Origin: Thermoanaerobaculia bacterium | GTDB lineage: Bacteria > Acidobacteriota > Thermoanaerobaculia > UBA5066 | Reading direction: 5' to 3' | Assembly: GCA_963816185.1 (NCBI GenBank) | Contig: CAWFJJ010000001.1 | Coordinates: 448,001-512,000 of the forward strand | DNA length: 64,000 nt | Part shown: positions 1-9,744 of the stretch, piece after piece | Position numbering within the stretch: the stretch's first letter is position 1 | How the letters are laid out: each line of letters opens with the position of its first letter | Notes under the pieces: model-generated | Told to the model about the DNA's origin: nothing | Seen by the model: only the letters and a program-made list of their open reading frames with translations | Database searches by the model: none | Position numbers and translations under genes: made by a program

Positions 1-1096
<1,096 letters not shown>

Positions 1097-1194
1097 AAAA
1101 TTCTCCAGGTGCGAGTCGTCGAAGATGTTCGCGAACGAACAGAGAGAAAAGCTGATCGCTCGGTTCTGCACGGAAGCTCACGATGAAATAGAGT

Positions 1195-1311
1195 TTCCGG
1201 TGGCCTTATCGAGGGGGCTCCACCCGTTCCCATTCCGAACACGGCCGTTAAGCCCCTCGGAGCCGATGGTACTGCACGGGAAACTGTGTGGGAGAGTAGG
1301 ACGCTGCCGGG
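1195..1311 (+). rRNA. rrf: 5S rRNA
   Basis: CCCGTTCCCATTCCGAACAC...GCCGATGGTACT...GGGAGAGTAGG; complementary ends; ~100 bp after 23S. Confidence 0.97.
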
Positions 1312-1318
1312 AAGTTTG

Positions 1319-1356
1319 AAGGGCCCGGACCCAAAAGGTCCGGGCCCTTGTTTCTG
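1319..1356 (+). terminator. rRNA operon intrinsic terminator
   Basis: Perfect hairpin AAGGGCCCGGACC-CAAAA-GGTCCGGGCCCTT followed by GTTTCT. Confidence 0.8.
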
Positions 1357-1365
1357 CTAGTGAAT

Positions 1366-1403
1366 CAGGGGAACCCGTGCCCGGGTTTCCCCCTGCCCCC
1401 TTC
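1366..1403 (-). repeat. REP-like hairpin repeat, copy 1
   Basis: Minus strand reads GAAGGGGGCAGGGGGAAACCCGGGCACGGGTTCCCCTG, closely resembling 43943-43980. Confidence 0.6.
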
Positions 1404-1457
1404 CAATTCGGAGTCGACCTGACGATCCCCCTCCCCGGCTCCGTTAGACTCGAAGGG

Positions 1458-2525
1458 ATGACGAACACCTCGAAGCGGGCGCTTCTCACCGGAATCACCG
1501 GCCAGGACGGCAGCTATCTTGCCGAGCTTCTCCTCGGGAAAGGCTACGAGGTCCACGGGATCATCCGGCGCTCGTCGTCGTTCAACACGGAGCGCCTCGA
1601 CCACCTCTATCAGGACCCGCACGTGCCGAAGCGCAACCTCGTGCTCCACTACGGCGACCTGAACGACGCGTCCTCCCTGAACCGCATCCTTCGCGTCACG
1701 ACGCCGCACGAGATCTACAACCTCGGCGCACAGAGTCACGTCAAGGTCTCGTTCGACGTCCCGGAGTACACGGCGGAGGTCACGGCCGTCGGCGCCACCC
1801 GCATCCTCGAAGCCATCCGCGAGGTCGGGCTCCGTCCGCGCTTCTACCAGGCGTCCTCCTCCGAGATGTTCGGAAAGGTGGCCGAGTCGCCTCAGACGGA
1901 GACGACGCGCTTCCACCCCCGGTCGCCGTACGGCGTGGCGAAAGCCTATGCCTACGCGATCACGGTGAATTACCGCGAGGCCTACTCCCTTCACGCCTCG
2001 AACGGCATCCTGTTCAACCACGAATCGCCGCGGCGCGGCGAGACGTTCGTGACGCGGAAGATCTCTCGCGCGGCGGGACGCATCGCGGCCGGCCTCCAGG
2101 ACGCTCTCTATCTCGGCAATCTCGACGCCAGGCGCGACTGGGGATTCGCGGGAGACTTCGTCGAGGCGATGTGGCTCATGCTCCAGAGGGACGAGCCCGG
2201 CGATTACGTCGTCGCCACGGGCGAAACGCATACCGTTCGCGAGTTCTGCGATCGCGCCTTCGCCCGCGCCGGCTGTCCTCTTCGCTGGACCGGCTCGGGA
2301 TCCGACGAGACGGGCGTCGAGAAGAAATCGGGCGCCCCGCGCGTGCGCGTCGACGAGCGCTATTTCCGCCCTGCCGAGGTGGACGTCCTTCTTGGCGACG
2401 CGTCCAAGGCGCGGCGCGAGCTGGGCTGGATGCCGAAGGTGACGTTCGAGGGGCTCGTGAACATGATGGTCGACGCCGATCTCGAGAAAGCGCGCAAGGA
2501 AGCGGCGGGCGTGCCGTCAGTGTGA
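1458..2525 (+). CDS. gmd: GDP-mannose 4,6-dehydratase
   Basis: [51 protein letters not shown]. Start at ATG 1458. Confidence 0.97.
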   Translation: MTNTSKRALLTGITGQDGSYLAELLLGKGYEVHGIIRRSSSFNTERLDHLYQDPHVPKRNLVLHYGDLNDASSLNRILRVTTPHEIYNLGAQSHVKVSFDVPEYTAEVTAVGATRILEAIREVGLRPRFYQASSSEMFGKVAESPQTETTRFHPRSPYGVAKAYAYAITVNYREAYSLHASNGILFNHESPRRGETFVTRKISRAAGRIAAGLQDALYLGNLDARRDWGFAGDFVEAMWLMLQRDEPGDYVVATGETHTVREFCDRAFARAGCPLRWTGSGSDETGVEKKSGAPRVRVDERYFRPAEVDVLLGDASKARRELGWMPKVTFEGLVNMMVDADLEKARKEAAGVPSV

Positions 2526-2936
2526 CGGGACGCTGAACGCGAGCGTCGCCCGAAAGTCCGGAAACGCCCCCTCCGTATCGACGGCCCCGAGGAGCGCGTG
2601 ATCGAGCTCGCGGGCAGGCGTCTTCGGCGTCGACAAGGCGAGGTTCGCCGTCACGCGGCCCTCGTCGAAGGCGAGCCACCTCGGGGCATGCAGCGTCCCA
2701 GGCGCCCGGCGCGCGGCCTCGAAGCACCCCGTGACGAACGTTCGGAGAATTTCGCCCTCCGCGAGCCCGGCGCCCTGGACGGGATACGTCTGCCCGTCGG
2801 AGGCGCCTGCCGGCGGCGCACCGCCGTAGGCGGCCTCGAGGGCGGCGTCGACGGCGTCGCGATAGAGCTCGTCGCGCGTCTTCGCGGCGAGCGTGATCGT
2901 GAGCCCGGAAGGAGTCTCGGAGATCCCGTAAGCCAC
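2517..2936 (-). CDS. archease-like protein (divergent)
   Basis: 139 aa from GTG with SD GAGGAG. Pattern Y.I......[22 protein letters not shown] resembles the archease N-terminus, but the H-T-A-D motif is missing. Confidence 0.45.
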   Translation of the reverse strand: MAYGISETPSGLTITLAAKTRDELYRDAVDAALEAAYGGAPPAGASDGQTYPVQGAGLAEGEILRTFVTGCFEAARRAPGTLHAPRWLAFDEGRVTANLALSTPKTPARELDHALLGAVDTEGAFPDFRATLAFSVPSH

Positions 2937-2993
2937 GTGCGAATCCTCCTCGATTGCGGCGGGCGATCTTAACCGGCTGCTAGTCTCGCGACG

Positions 2994-4211
2994 ATGATGC
3001 GCCTGCACGACCGGATCGCCGCGCGCATCCGCGCAGAGGGCCCGCTTCGCTTCGACGCCTTCCAGGAGGCTGCGCTGTACGACCCGGAGGGCGGGTACTA
3101 CGAGCGTGCGGGGCGCGTCGGCCGGACCGGCGACTTCGTGACCGGTCCGTCGTGGCACCCGGCCTTCGGGCGAACGATGGCGCGGATCGCGCGGCGATTG
3201 AGAGAGGAAGACCGGGGGATTTCTTCGAATGAGAGAGAGGGCGGACCGCGAGGCACGGGTGCGTCGAGGGACGGCGCCGCGGCGGGTCAGGCCGCCGGTG
3301 CGAGGAGCGGCGACGGCGTAGAGGCACCGACGGATCTCGTGGACGTCGGAGCCGGCGAGGGAGAGCTGCTTTCGGCGGCAGACGAGGCGCTGCGCGCGTG
3401 GGGGATCCGCGACCAGTTTCGCCTCGTCGGCGTCGAGCGCTCCGCCGTCCGCCGCGGCAAGGCCACCGAACGCGTGCCGAGCGCCGTCTGGCTTTCTTCA
3501 TTCGAAGAACTCGCCGAATCCTCTCTTCGGGGTCTTGTCGTCTGCTACGAGCTTTTCGATGCGCTCCCCGTCAGGGCGCTTTTCTTCGAAGGTGAAAAGC
3601 TGCTGGAGCGCGTCGTGACGCTGGGGACCGAGGGCGAGGGCTTCGCATGGGGCCTCGCCGAATGCGCCGACGGCGCCGAATTGCTCGACCGGTTCCGAGC
3701 CCGGGGCATTCACCTTCTAAGAAGACAAAAGCTCGAGGTGCGCTCCGGCGCCGCTCGTCTCGCCGCGAAGCTTGCCATGCGCCTTTCTCGCGGCCTCCTC
3801 CTCGTCTTCGACTACGGCGCGCCCGCGAAAGCGCTCTATTCGGTTGCGCGTGCGAACGGGACGCTCGAGGCGTTCGTCTCCCACGGCGTCACGCGTGACG
3901 TCCTCACGGAGCCAGGCAGCCGCGACCTGACGGCGTGGGTCGACTTTTCGGAGCTCGTGGAGGCCTTCACGGCCGCCGGGCTTTCCGTCACGGGGCCGGT
4001 AAGCCAGTCGCGCGTCCTCGCCTCGGCGGGGATCTTCGAGGACGTCACGACGGACGCCGGCGCTCCTCCCGACGCCGCACGCGAAGCGGACCGCCGCGCC
4101 GCCGCGGCCCTCATCCAGCCGGGCGGAATGGGGGAGTCGATTCGCGTCCTCCTCGCGTCCCGGGGCACGGCTCTCGGTTCGACGCTGGCCTCCTGGCATC
4201 GGCACAATTGA
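2994..4211 (+). CDS. MidA/NDUFAF7-family SAM-dependent methyltransferase
   Basis: GPLRFDAFQEAALYDPEGGYY, GDFVTGP, DVGAGEG, ELFDALPV, FDYG, DLTAWVDF. Confidence 0.9.
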   Translation: MMRLHDRIAARIRAEGPLRFDAFQEAALYDPEGGYYERAGRVGRTGDFVTGPSWHPAFGRTMARIARRLREEDRGISSNEREGGPRGTGASRDGAAAGQAAGARSGDGVEAPTDLVDVGAGEGELLSAADEALRAWGIRDQFRLVGVERSAVRRGKATERVPSAVWLSSFEELAESSLRGLVVCYELFDALPVRALFFEGEKLLERVVTLGTEGEGFAWGLAECADGAELLDRFRARGIHLLRRQKLEVRSGAARLAAKLAMRLSRGLLLVFDYGAPAKALYSVARANGTLEAFVSHGVTRDVLTEPGSRDLTAWVDFSELVEAFTAAGLSVTGPVSQSRVLASAGIFEDVTTDAGAPPDAAREADRRAAAALIQPGGMGESIRVLLASRGTALGSTLASWHRHN

Positions 4212-4225
4212 TGCCTTTGCATCGT

Positions 4226-4254
4226 TTGACTTCGCCGGGGTCGGCACACAAAAT
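4226..4254 (+). promoter_or_regulatory. putative sigma70 promoter of the nuo-atp operon
   Basis: TTGACT-17 bp-CAAAAT upstream of nuoA. Confidence 0.45.
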
Positions 4255-4317
4255 CCTCTCCGTCTTGACCGAAGCCAGGCGGCGCGCAGGCGCGGTCGGA
4301 CCGCGAGGAACGTGCTC

Positions 4318-4686
4318 ATGAACCCATCCATGGCGTCCTACCTGCCGATCCTGTACTTCGCGGTCATGGCCGCGATCGTGCCGGTCGCCGGTCTCGCCGC
4401 GATGTCGCTCCTGAGGCCCTCGAAGCCGACGCCGACGAAGCTCGCGCCGTACGAGTGTGGCGTCGCCTCGCCGACCGAGGCCTTCGACCACCGGTTCTCG
4501 GTGCGGTACTACCTGATCGCCGTCCTCTTCGTCGTGTTCGACGTCGAGACGATCTTCCTGTTCCCGTGGGCGGTCATGTACCACAGGCTGAGGCTGTTCG
4601 GCCTCGTCGAGATGCTCGTCTTCCTCGTGATCCTGGTCGTCGGATACGTCTACGCGTGGCGGCGAGGGGCTCTTTCGTGGGCCTGA
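4318..4686 (+). CDS. nuoA: NADH-quinone oxidoreductase subunit A
   Basis: [31 protein letters not shown]; three TM segments. Confidence 0.96.
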   Translation: MNPSMASYLPILYFAVMAAIVPVAGLAAMSLLRPSKPTPTKLAPYECGVASPTEAFDHRFSVRYYLIAVLFVVFDVETIFLFPWAVMYHRLRLFGLVEMLVFLVILVVGYVYAWRRGALSWA

Positions 4687-5180
4687 TCGAGAACTCGCTC
4701 CCGGACAACGTCCTCACGACCACCGTCGACTCCGTCATCGGATGGGGTCGCAAGAACTCGCTCTGGCCGATGCAGTTCGGCCTCGCGTGCTGCGCGATCG
4801 AGATGATGGCCGTCGTCGACAGCCGTCACGACATGGCGCGCTTCGGTGCCGAGGTCTTTCGCGGCTCGCCGCGCCAGTGCGACCTCATGATCGTCGCGGG
4901 CACCGTCACCGAGAAGATGGCGCCGATCATCAAGCGCCTCTACGACCAAATGGCCGACCCGAAGTGGGTCATCGCGATGGGCTCCTGCGCGACCTGCGGC
5001 GGCCCCTACCGGAGCTACGCGGTCACGCAGGGCGTCGACCGGATCGTGCCCGTGGACGTCTACGTGCCCGGCTGTCCGCCAAGGCCCGAGGCTCTCCTTT
5101 ACGGCCTCATGGAGCTCCAGAAGAAGATCCAGAAGATGCGCGTCGTGAGGCGCGCGCCGGAGGCGCTGGCCGTTGGCTGA
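4677..5180 (+). CDS. nuoB: NADH-quinone oxidoreductase subunit B
   Basis: [37 protein letters not shown]; GTG start overlaps nuoA. Confidence 0.97.
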   Translation: MGLIENSLPDNVLTTTVDSVIGWGRKNSLWPMQFGLACCAIEMMAVVDSRHDMARFGAEVFRGSPRQCDLMIVAGTVTEKMAPIIKRLYDQMADPKWVIAMGSCATCGGPYRSYAVTQGVDRIVPVDVYVPGCPPRPEALLYGLMELQKKIQKMRVVRRAPEALAVG

Positions 5181-5895
5181 AGATCCGAAGGACGCTCCCG
5201 CCGCGTTTGCGGCCGGCGAGCCCGCAAAGCCGTCGGAGCCGGCGAAGCCCGCCGTCCCGGCGCCTGCGGCCTCCGCGCCGGTCGCCGCTCCGCCGAAGGC
5301 GGCGGCGCCTGCGAAGGCGGCCGCGCCCGCGAAGGCGCCGGTCCCGGCGCCTGTCGACGCGACCGGTGAGCCCCTCGTCGTCGCGCTCGCGGCAGCCGTT
5401 CCCGGCGCGGTGGTTTCTGCGAAGAGGATGGTCGGCCAGACGGCGATCGAGATCGCGCCCGACAGGCTCGTCGAGGCCTGCCACCACCTGTGCGACGCCG
5501 AGACGTTCACGTTCCTCGTCGACCTGACCGCCGTGGACTGGAAGGAGCGCGACCCGCGCTTCGACGTGGTGTACTGGCTCCATTCCTTCGACCGCGGCAA
5601 CGAGCGCGTGCGCCTGAAGGTCGGCGTCAAGGACGGAGACGCGTGCCCGACCGTCTCGGGCGTATGGGAGACCGCGAACTGGATGGAGCGCGAGGTGTTC
5701 GATCTCTTCGGAATCCCCTTCGAGGGCCATCCCGATCTCCGCCGCATCCTCACGTGGGACGGCTTCCAGGGCCATCCGCTGAGGAAGGACTTCCCGGTCG
5801 AGGGCATCGACACGGGCGCGGCGATCTACCCCGATCGCTATCCGGAGGGCGGCGGGCCCGGGCCCGACGACAAAAACAGAAAGACCGTCTCGTGA
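5173..5895 (+). CDS. nuoC: NADH-quinone oxidoreductase subunit C (Pro/Ala/Lys-rich N-terminal extension)
   Basis: [42 protein letters not shown]. Confidence 0.95.
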   Translation: MAEDPKDAPAAFAAGEPAKPSEPAKPAVPAPAASAPVAAPPKAAAPAKAAAPAKAPVPAPVDATGEPLVVALAAAVPGAVVSAKRMVGQTAIEIAPDRLVEACHHLCDAETFTFLVDLTAVDWKERDPRFDVVYWLHSFDRGNERVRLKVGVKDGDACPTVSGVWETANWMEREVFDLFGIPFEGHPDLRRILTWDGFQGHPLRKDFPVEGIDTGAAIYPDRYPEGGGPGPDDKNRKTVS

Positions 5896-7049
5896 GCGAG
5901 GCCGTCGGCACGGTCGGCGCGGTCGGGGACGCTGGCGACAGGATGCTCGGGCTCCGCGAGATGGAGCTCAACTTCGGGCCGCAGCACCCGTCGACCCACG
6001 GCGTCCTGCGCATCGTCCTCAAGGTGGACGGCGAGCGCATCGTTTCGGCGCGGCCGGACATCGGGTACCTCCACCGCGGCACCGAGAAGCTGTTCGAGAC
6101 CGAGACCTACCCGATGGTGATCCCGCACACGGACCGCCTCGACTACGTCGCGGCCGCGACGAACAACCACGCGTACGTCCTGGCTGTCGAGAAGCTTCTG
6201 GGTCTCGAAATTCCCAAACGCGCGCAGTACATCCGCGTCGTCCTCGACGAGATGCAGCGCATCTCCTCGCACCTCCTCTGGCTCGCGACGGCCGCGATCG
6301 ACCTCGGCGCGATCACGCCCTTCTTCTACACGTTCCGCGAGCGCGAGGTCATCCTCGACCTCTTCGAGGACTACTGCGGCGCGCGCCTCACGCTCAACTG
6401 CATGCGCGTCGGCGGCCTCGAGGAGGAGCTGACCCCCGGCTGGATCGAGAAGCTCCGCGCGTTCACGGAAGACCTCGGCGGCAAGATCGACGAGTACGAG
6501 GAGCTTTTGACCGAGAATCGCATCTGGAAGGATCGGACGATCGGCGTCGGGATCCTCAAGACGGACCGCTGCATCGCCTGGGGCGTCACGGGGCCGCCGC
6601 TGCGCGCCTCGGGCCTCGAGTGGGATATCCGTCGGGCGCTCCCGTACGAGTGCTATCCCGAGCTCGACTTCGAGATCCCGACGCGGAAAAACGCGGACAC
6701 GTACGACCGCTATCTCGTGAGGATCGCCGAGCTCCGCCAGAGCCGCCGGATCCTCCTCCAATGCTGCGACTGGCTGACGGCGAACCCGACCGGCGAGATC
6801 CGCGGGAAGGTCCCGCGCGTCATCAAGCCGCCCGCCGGGGACGCGTACGCGAGCGTCGAGTCTCCGAAGGGAGAGCTCGGCTTCTACCTCGTCTCGAATG
6901 GCGGCAACAAGCCCTACCGGCTGCGCGTCCGGCCGCCGAGCTTCATCAATCTCCAGGCGCTTCCCGAGATGGCGCGCGGCCACATGGTGTCGGATCTCGT
7001 CGCGATCATCGGGACGATCGACATCGTCCTCGGCGAAGTGGACCGATGA
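5892..7049 (+). CDS. nuoD: NADH-quinone oxidoreductase subunit D
   Basis: [31 protein letters not shown]-terminal DIVLGEVDR. Confidence 0.97.
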   Translation: MSEAVGTVGAVGDAGDRMLGLREMELNFGPQHPSTHGVLRIVLKVDGERIVSARPDIGYLHRGTEKLFETETYPMVIPHTDRLDYVAAATNNHAYVLAVEKLLGLEIPKRAQYIRVVLDEMQRISSHLLWLATAAIDLGAITPFFYTFREREVILDLFEDYCGARLTLNCMRVGGLEEELTPGWIEKLRAFTEDLGGKIDEYEELLTENRIWKDRTIGVGILKTDRCIAWGVTGPPLRASGLEWDIRRALPYECYPELDFEIPTRKNADTYDRYLVRIAELRQSRRILLQCCDWLTANPTGEIRGKVPRVIKPPAGDAYASVESPKGELGFYLVSNGGNKPYRLRVRPPSFINLQALPEMARGHMVSDLVAIIGTIDIVLGEVDR

Positions 7050-7174
7050 AGAAAGAGAAGATTTCTGCGAATGAAAGACGGCCGCTGGCTGCGGTGTGCC
7101 GAGGCGACGCACCTGCTCTCTTCACCTTCAAAGGAATTTGCGGCCTGACGACCTGCAATGAGGCTTCAATCTAG

Positions 7175-8359
7175 ATGGAAGTCAGCGAGAGCCTCCTCAA
7201 CTATTTCTTGATCCCGGCCGTCAAGGCCGTCGTCGTCGTGATCCTCGTCGCGACGGCCGCGGGTGTCCTCACCTACATCGAGCGCCGGACGCTGGCGTTC
7301 CTCCAGGTGCGCAAGGGTCCGAACCGCGTCGGCCCGGAAGGGATCCTGCAGTTCGTGGCGGACGTCGTGAAGCTCCTCACGAAGGAAGACGTCGTCCCCG
7401 CGAAGGCGCAGCACTTCATCCACTTCCTCGCGCCGGTCCTCGTGATGGTCCCCGGCCTGGCCGTCTTCGCAGTGCTCCCGTGGGGCCCCGAGTTCACGGT
7501 GCGGATTCCGGGCCTCGGGAAGATCACGACGGCGTGGTATGCGGCGGATTTGAACGTCTCGCTCCTCCTCGTTCTCGCCATCACGTCGATCGGGGTTTAC
7601 GGGATCATCCTCGGCGGCTGGGCGTCGAACTCGAAATACGCTCTCCTCGGAGGTCTCCGCTCGGCGGCGCAGCTCATCAGCTACGAGGTCCCGATGGGCT
7701 TTGCGGTCGTGAGCGCGATCCTCATGGCGCGGTCGCTCTCCCTCGTCGAGATCGTCGAGGCGCAGCGCGCGCACCACATGTGGTTCATCCTCCCCGGCCT
7801 CGTCGCATTCCTCCTCTATTTCGTCTCGGGGGTCGCGGAGACGAACCGCATCCCCTTCGACCTCCCGGAAGCCGAGAGCGAGCTCGTCGCCGGTTTCCAC
7901 ACCGAGTACTCGGGCTTCCGCTGGGCGATCTTCTTCCTGACCGAGTACGCGAACATGATCACGATCTCGGCGGTCGCGACCGCACTGTTCTTCGGCGGCT
8001 GGCTGCGGCCTTTCCCGAGCGTCAAGGCCTTCGCGTTCCTCGACGTGATCCCTCCGATCCTGTGGTTCGTCCTGAAGGTCGCGGCCTTCCTCTTCGTCTA
8101 CATCTGGTTCCGCGGGACCTTCCCGCGTTACCGGTTCGACCAGCTCATGGCGCTCGGGTGGAAGACCCTCATCCCGATCTCCCTCGGGAACCTCGTCCTC
8201 GTCGCTCTCGCAGCGCTCGGCGGGACGCGCGGCCTGAGGATCCTCGGCACGGTCCTCTGGGTCGCCGCCGCCGGCGCTTTCCTCATCGTGACCCGGCTGC
8301 GCGCAGCGGGGAAGCCGGCCGCGTCGCCTCCCGCAACGCCGCGGCCGGTGGAGGCCTGA
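7175..8359 (+). CDS. nuoH: NADH-quinone oxidoreductase subunit H
   Basis: QVRKGPNRVGP, SNSKYALLGGLRSAAQLISYE, ETNRIPFDLPEAESELVAGFHTEYSG. Confidence 0.97.
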   Translation: MEVSESLLNYFLIPAVKAVVVVILVATAAGVLTYIERRTLAFLQVRKGPNRVGPEGILQFVADVVKLLTKEDVVPAKAQHFIHFLAPVLVMVPGLAVFAVLPWGPEFTVRIPGLGKITTAWYAADLNVSLLLVLAITSIGVYGIILGGWASNSKYALLGGLRSAAQLISYEVPMGFAVVSAILMARSLSLVEIVEAQRAHHMWFILPGLVAFLLYFVSGVAETNRIPFDLPEAESELVAGFHTEYSGFRWAIFFLTEYANMITISAVATALFFGGWLRPFPSVKAFAFLDVIPPILWFVLKVAAFLFVYIWFRGTFPRYRFDQLMALGWKTLIPISLGNLVLVALAALGGTRGLRILGTVLWVAAAGAFLIVTRLRAAGKPAASPPATPRPVEA

Positions 8360-8360
8360 C

Positions 8361-8837
8361 ATGAGCTTCTGGGACGACGTCCTCCTCCTCGACATCTTCG
8401 AAGGCCTCCGGATGACCGGGCGGCATCTCTTCCGGAAGGCCGATACGGTCGAGTATCCGGAGCAGGCGAAGGAACCGAGCGACCGCTTTCGCGGGATGTT
8501 CCGGCTCGATGAGGAACGCTGCATCAAGTGCACGCTCTGCGCGATCGAGTGCCCGATCAACATCATCTTCATCGACTGGCACAACGAGAAGAACGAGGCC
8601 GGCAAGAACGAGAAGGTCCTCGACCGGTTCGACGTGGACCTCAAGCGCTGCATGTTCTGCGGCCTCTGCGAAGAGGCGTGCCCGACGAATCCGAAGTCGA
8701 TCTGGCTCCGGACGAAGACCTACGAGCTCGGAACCTACGAGCGGAACGAGGCCCTCTACCTCGATATCCGGAAGCTCACGAAGTGGGATGAGAACGTCAA
8801 GCCATTCACCGTGGTCGAGCCGGGGGAGGGACGGTGA
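8361..8837 (+). CDS. nuoI: NADH-quinone oxidoreductase subunit I
   Basis: Two 4Fe-4S motifs: CIKCTLCAIECP and CMFCGLCEEACP. Confidence 0.95.
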   Translation: MSFWDDVLLLDIFEGLRMTGRHLFRKADTVEYPEQAKEPSDRFRGMFRLDEERCIKCTLCAIECPINIIFIDWHNEKNEAGKNEKVLDRFDVDLKRCMFCGLCEEACPTNPKSIWLRTKTYELGTYERNEALYLDIRKLTKWDENVKPFTVVEPGEGR

Positions 8838-9439
8838 CGGCGCCGTTCTTCTTCTGGTTTTTCGCGGTGATCGTCGTGTTCGGCGCCGTCGGTGTCGTCG
8901 CGATGCGTCAGCCGGTCCACTCGGCGCTGTTCCTCCTCCTTTCGTTCCTCGGCGTCGCGGCGCTCTTCGTCACGGCGAATGCCGAGTTCCTGGCAGCCGT
9001 CCAGATCCTCGTGTACGCGGGCGGGATCATGGTGCTCTTCCTCTTCACGATCATGCTCGTGAACATCCGGCGCACGGCGGGCGAGCCCTACGTGAACCGG
9101 CAGGCGGGCGCGGCGCTTCTCGTCGCGTTTCTTCTCCTCGCCGTCGTCGGCGGCACGGTCGTCGCCTCGGCGCGGACGCGCGGACTCTCGGACGCCGCCG
9201 GGCCCGCCGACGCCGCGAAGCTCTCGACGACGTCCGTCACCCGCTGGGTGACGGAGACCGTCGACGGGAAGAGGGTGAAGAAGGAGGTCACGGAGGAGGT
9301 CGCCGGCAACAGCCAGGCGGTCGCCTGGGGCCTCTACCGCGACTACCTGCTGCCGTTCGAGGTCGCGTCCGTGTTCCTGCTCGTCGCGATGATCGGCGCG
9401 GTCGTGCTCGGGAAACGGACGATGGAGCACGTCGACTGA
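8834..9439 (+). CDS. nuoJ: NADH-quinone oxidoreductase subunit J
   Basis: AEFLAAVQILVYAGGIMVLFLF, YLLPFEVASVFLLVAMIGA. Confidence 0.95.
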   Translation: MTAPFFFWFFAVIVVFGAVGVVAMRQPVHSALFLLLSFLGVAALFVTANAEFLAAVQILVYAGGIMVLFLFTIMLVNIRRTAGEPYVNRQAGAALLVAFLLLAVVGGTVVASARTRGLSDAAGPADAAKLSTTSVTRWVTETVDGKRVKKEVTEEVAGNSQAVAWGLYRDYLLPFEVASVFLLVAMIGAVVLGKRTMEHVD

Positions 9440-9741
9440 TGATCGGCGTCACGCACTACGTCGCGCTTTCGTTCGTGCTCTTCGCCATCGGCGTCACGGG
9501 CGTCCTCATCCGTCGGAACCTCCTGACGGTGCTGATGTCGATCGAGCTCATCCTCAACGCCGCGAACCTGAACCTCATCGCGTTCTCGCGCCAGCTCGGC
9601 GACCTCAACGGGCAGCTCTTCGCCGTGTTCGTCATCACGCTCGCCGCGGGCGAGGCCGCGATCGGCCTCGCGATCATCATCTCCATGTACCGCCTCAAAG
9701 GCTCCGTGAACCTCGATGACGCCGCCGAGCTGAGGGGATAG
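9439..9741 (+). CDS. nuoK: NADH-quinone oxidoreductase subunit K
   Basis: RRNLLTVLMSIELILNAANLN, AAGEAAIGLA; 100 aa. Confidence 0.96.
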   Translation: MIGVTHYVALSFVLFAIGVTGVLIRRNLLTVLMSIELILNAANLNLIAFSRQLGDLNGQLFAVFVITLAAGEAAIGLAIIISMYRLKGSVNLDDAAELRG

Positions 9742-9744
9742 CGC

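Noticed and set aside
5892-7049. Possible group 4 hydrogenase large subunit
   Set aside because: No NiFe-binding CxxC motifs; the quinone-site QHPSTHG and C-terminal GEVDR are NuoD-type.
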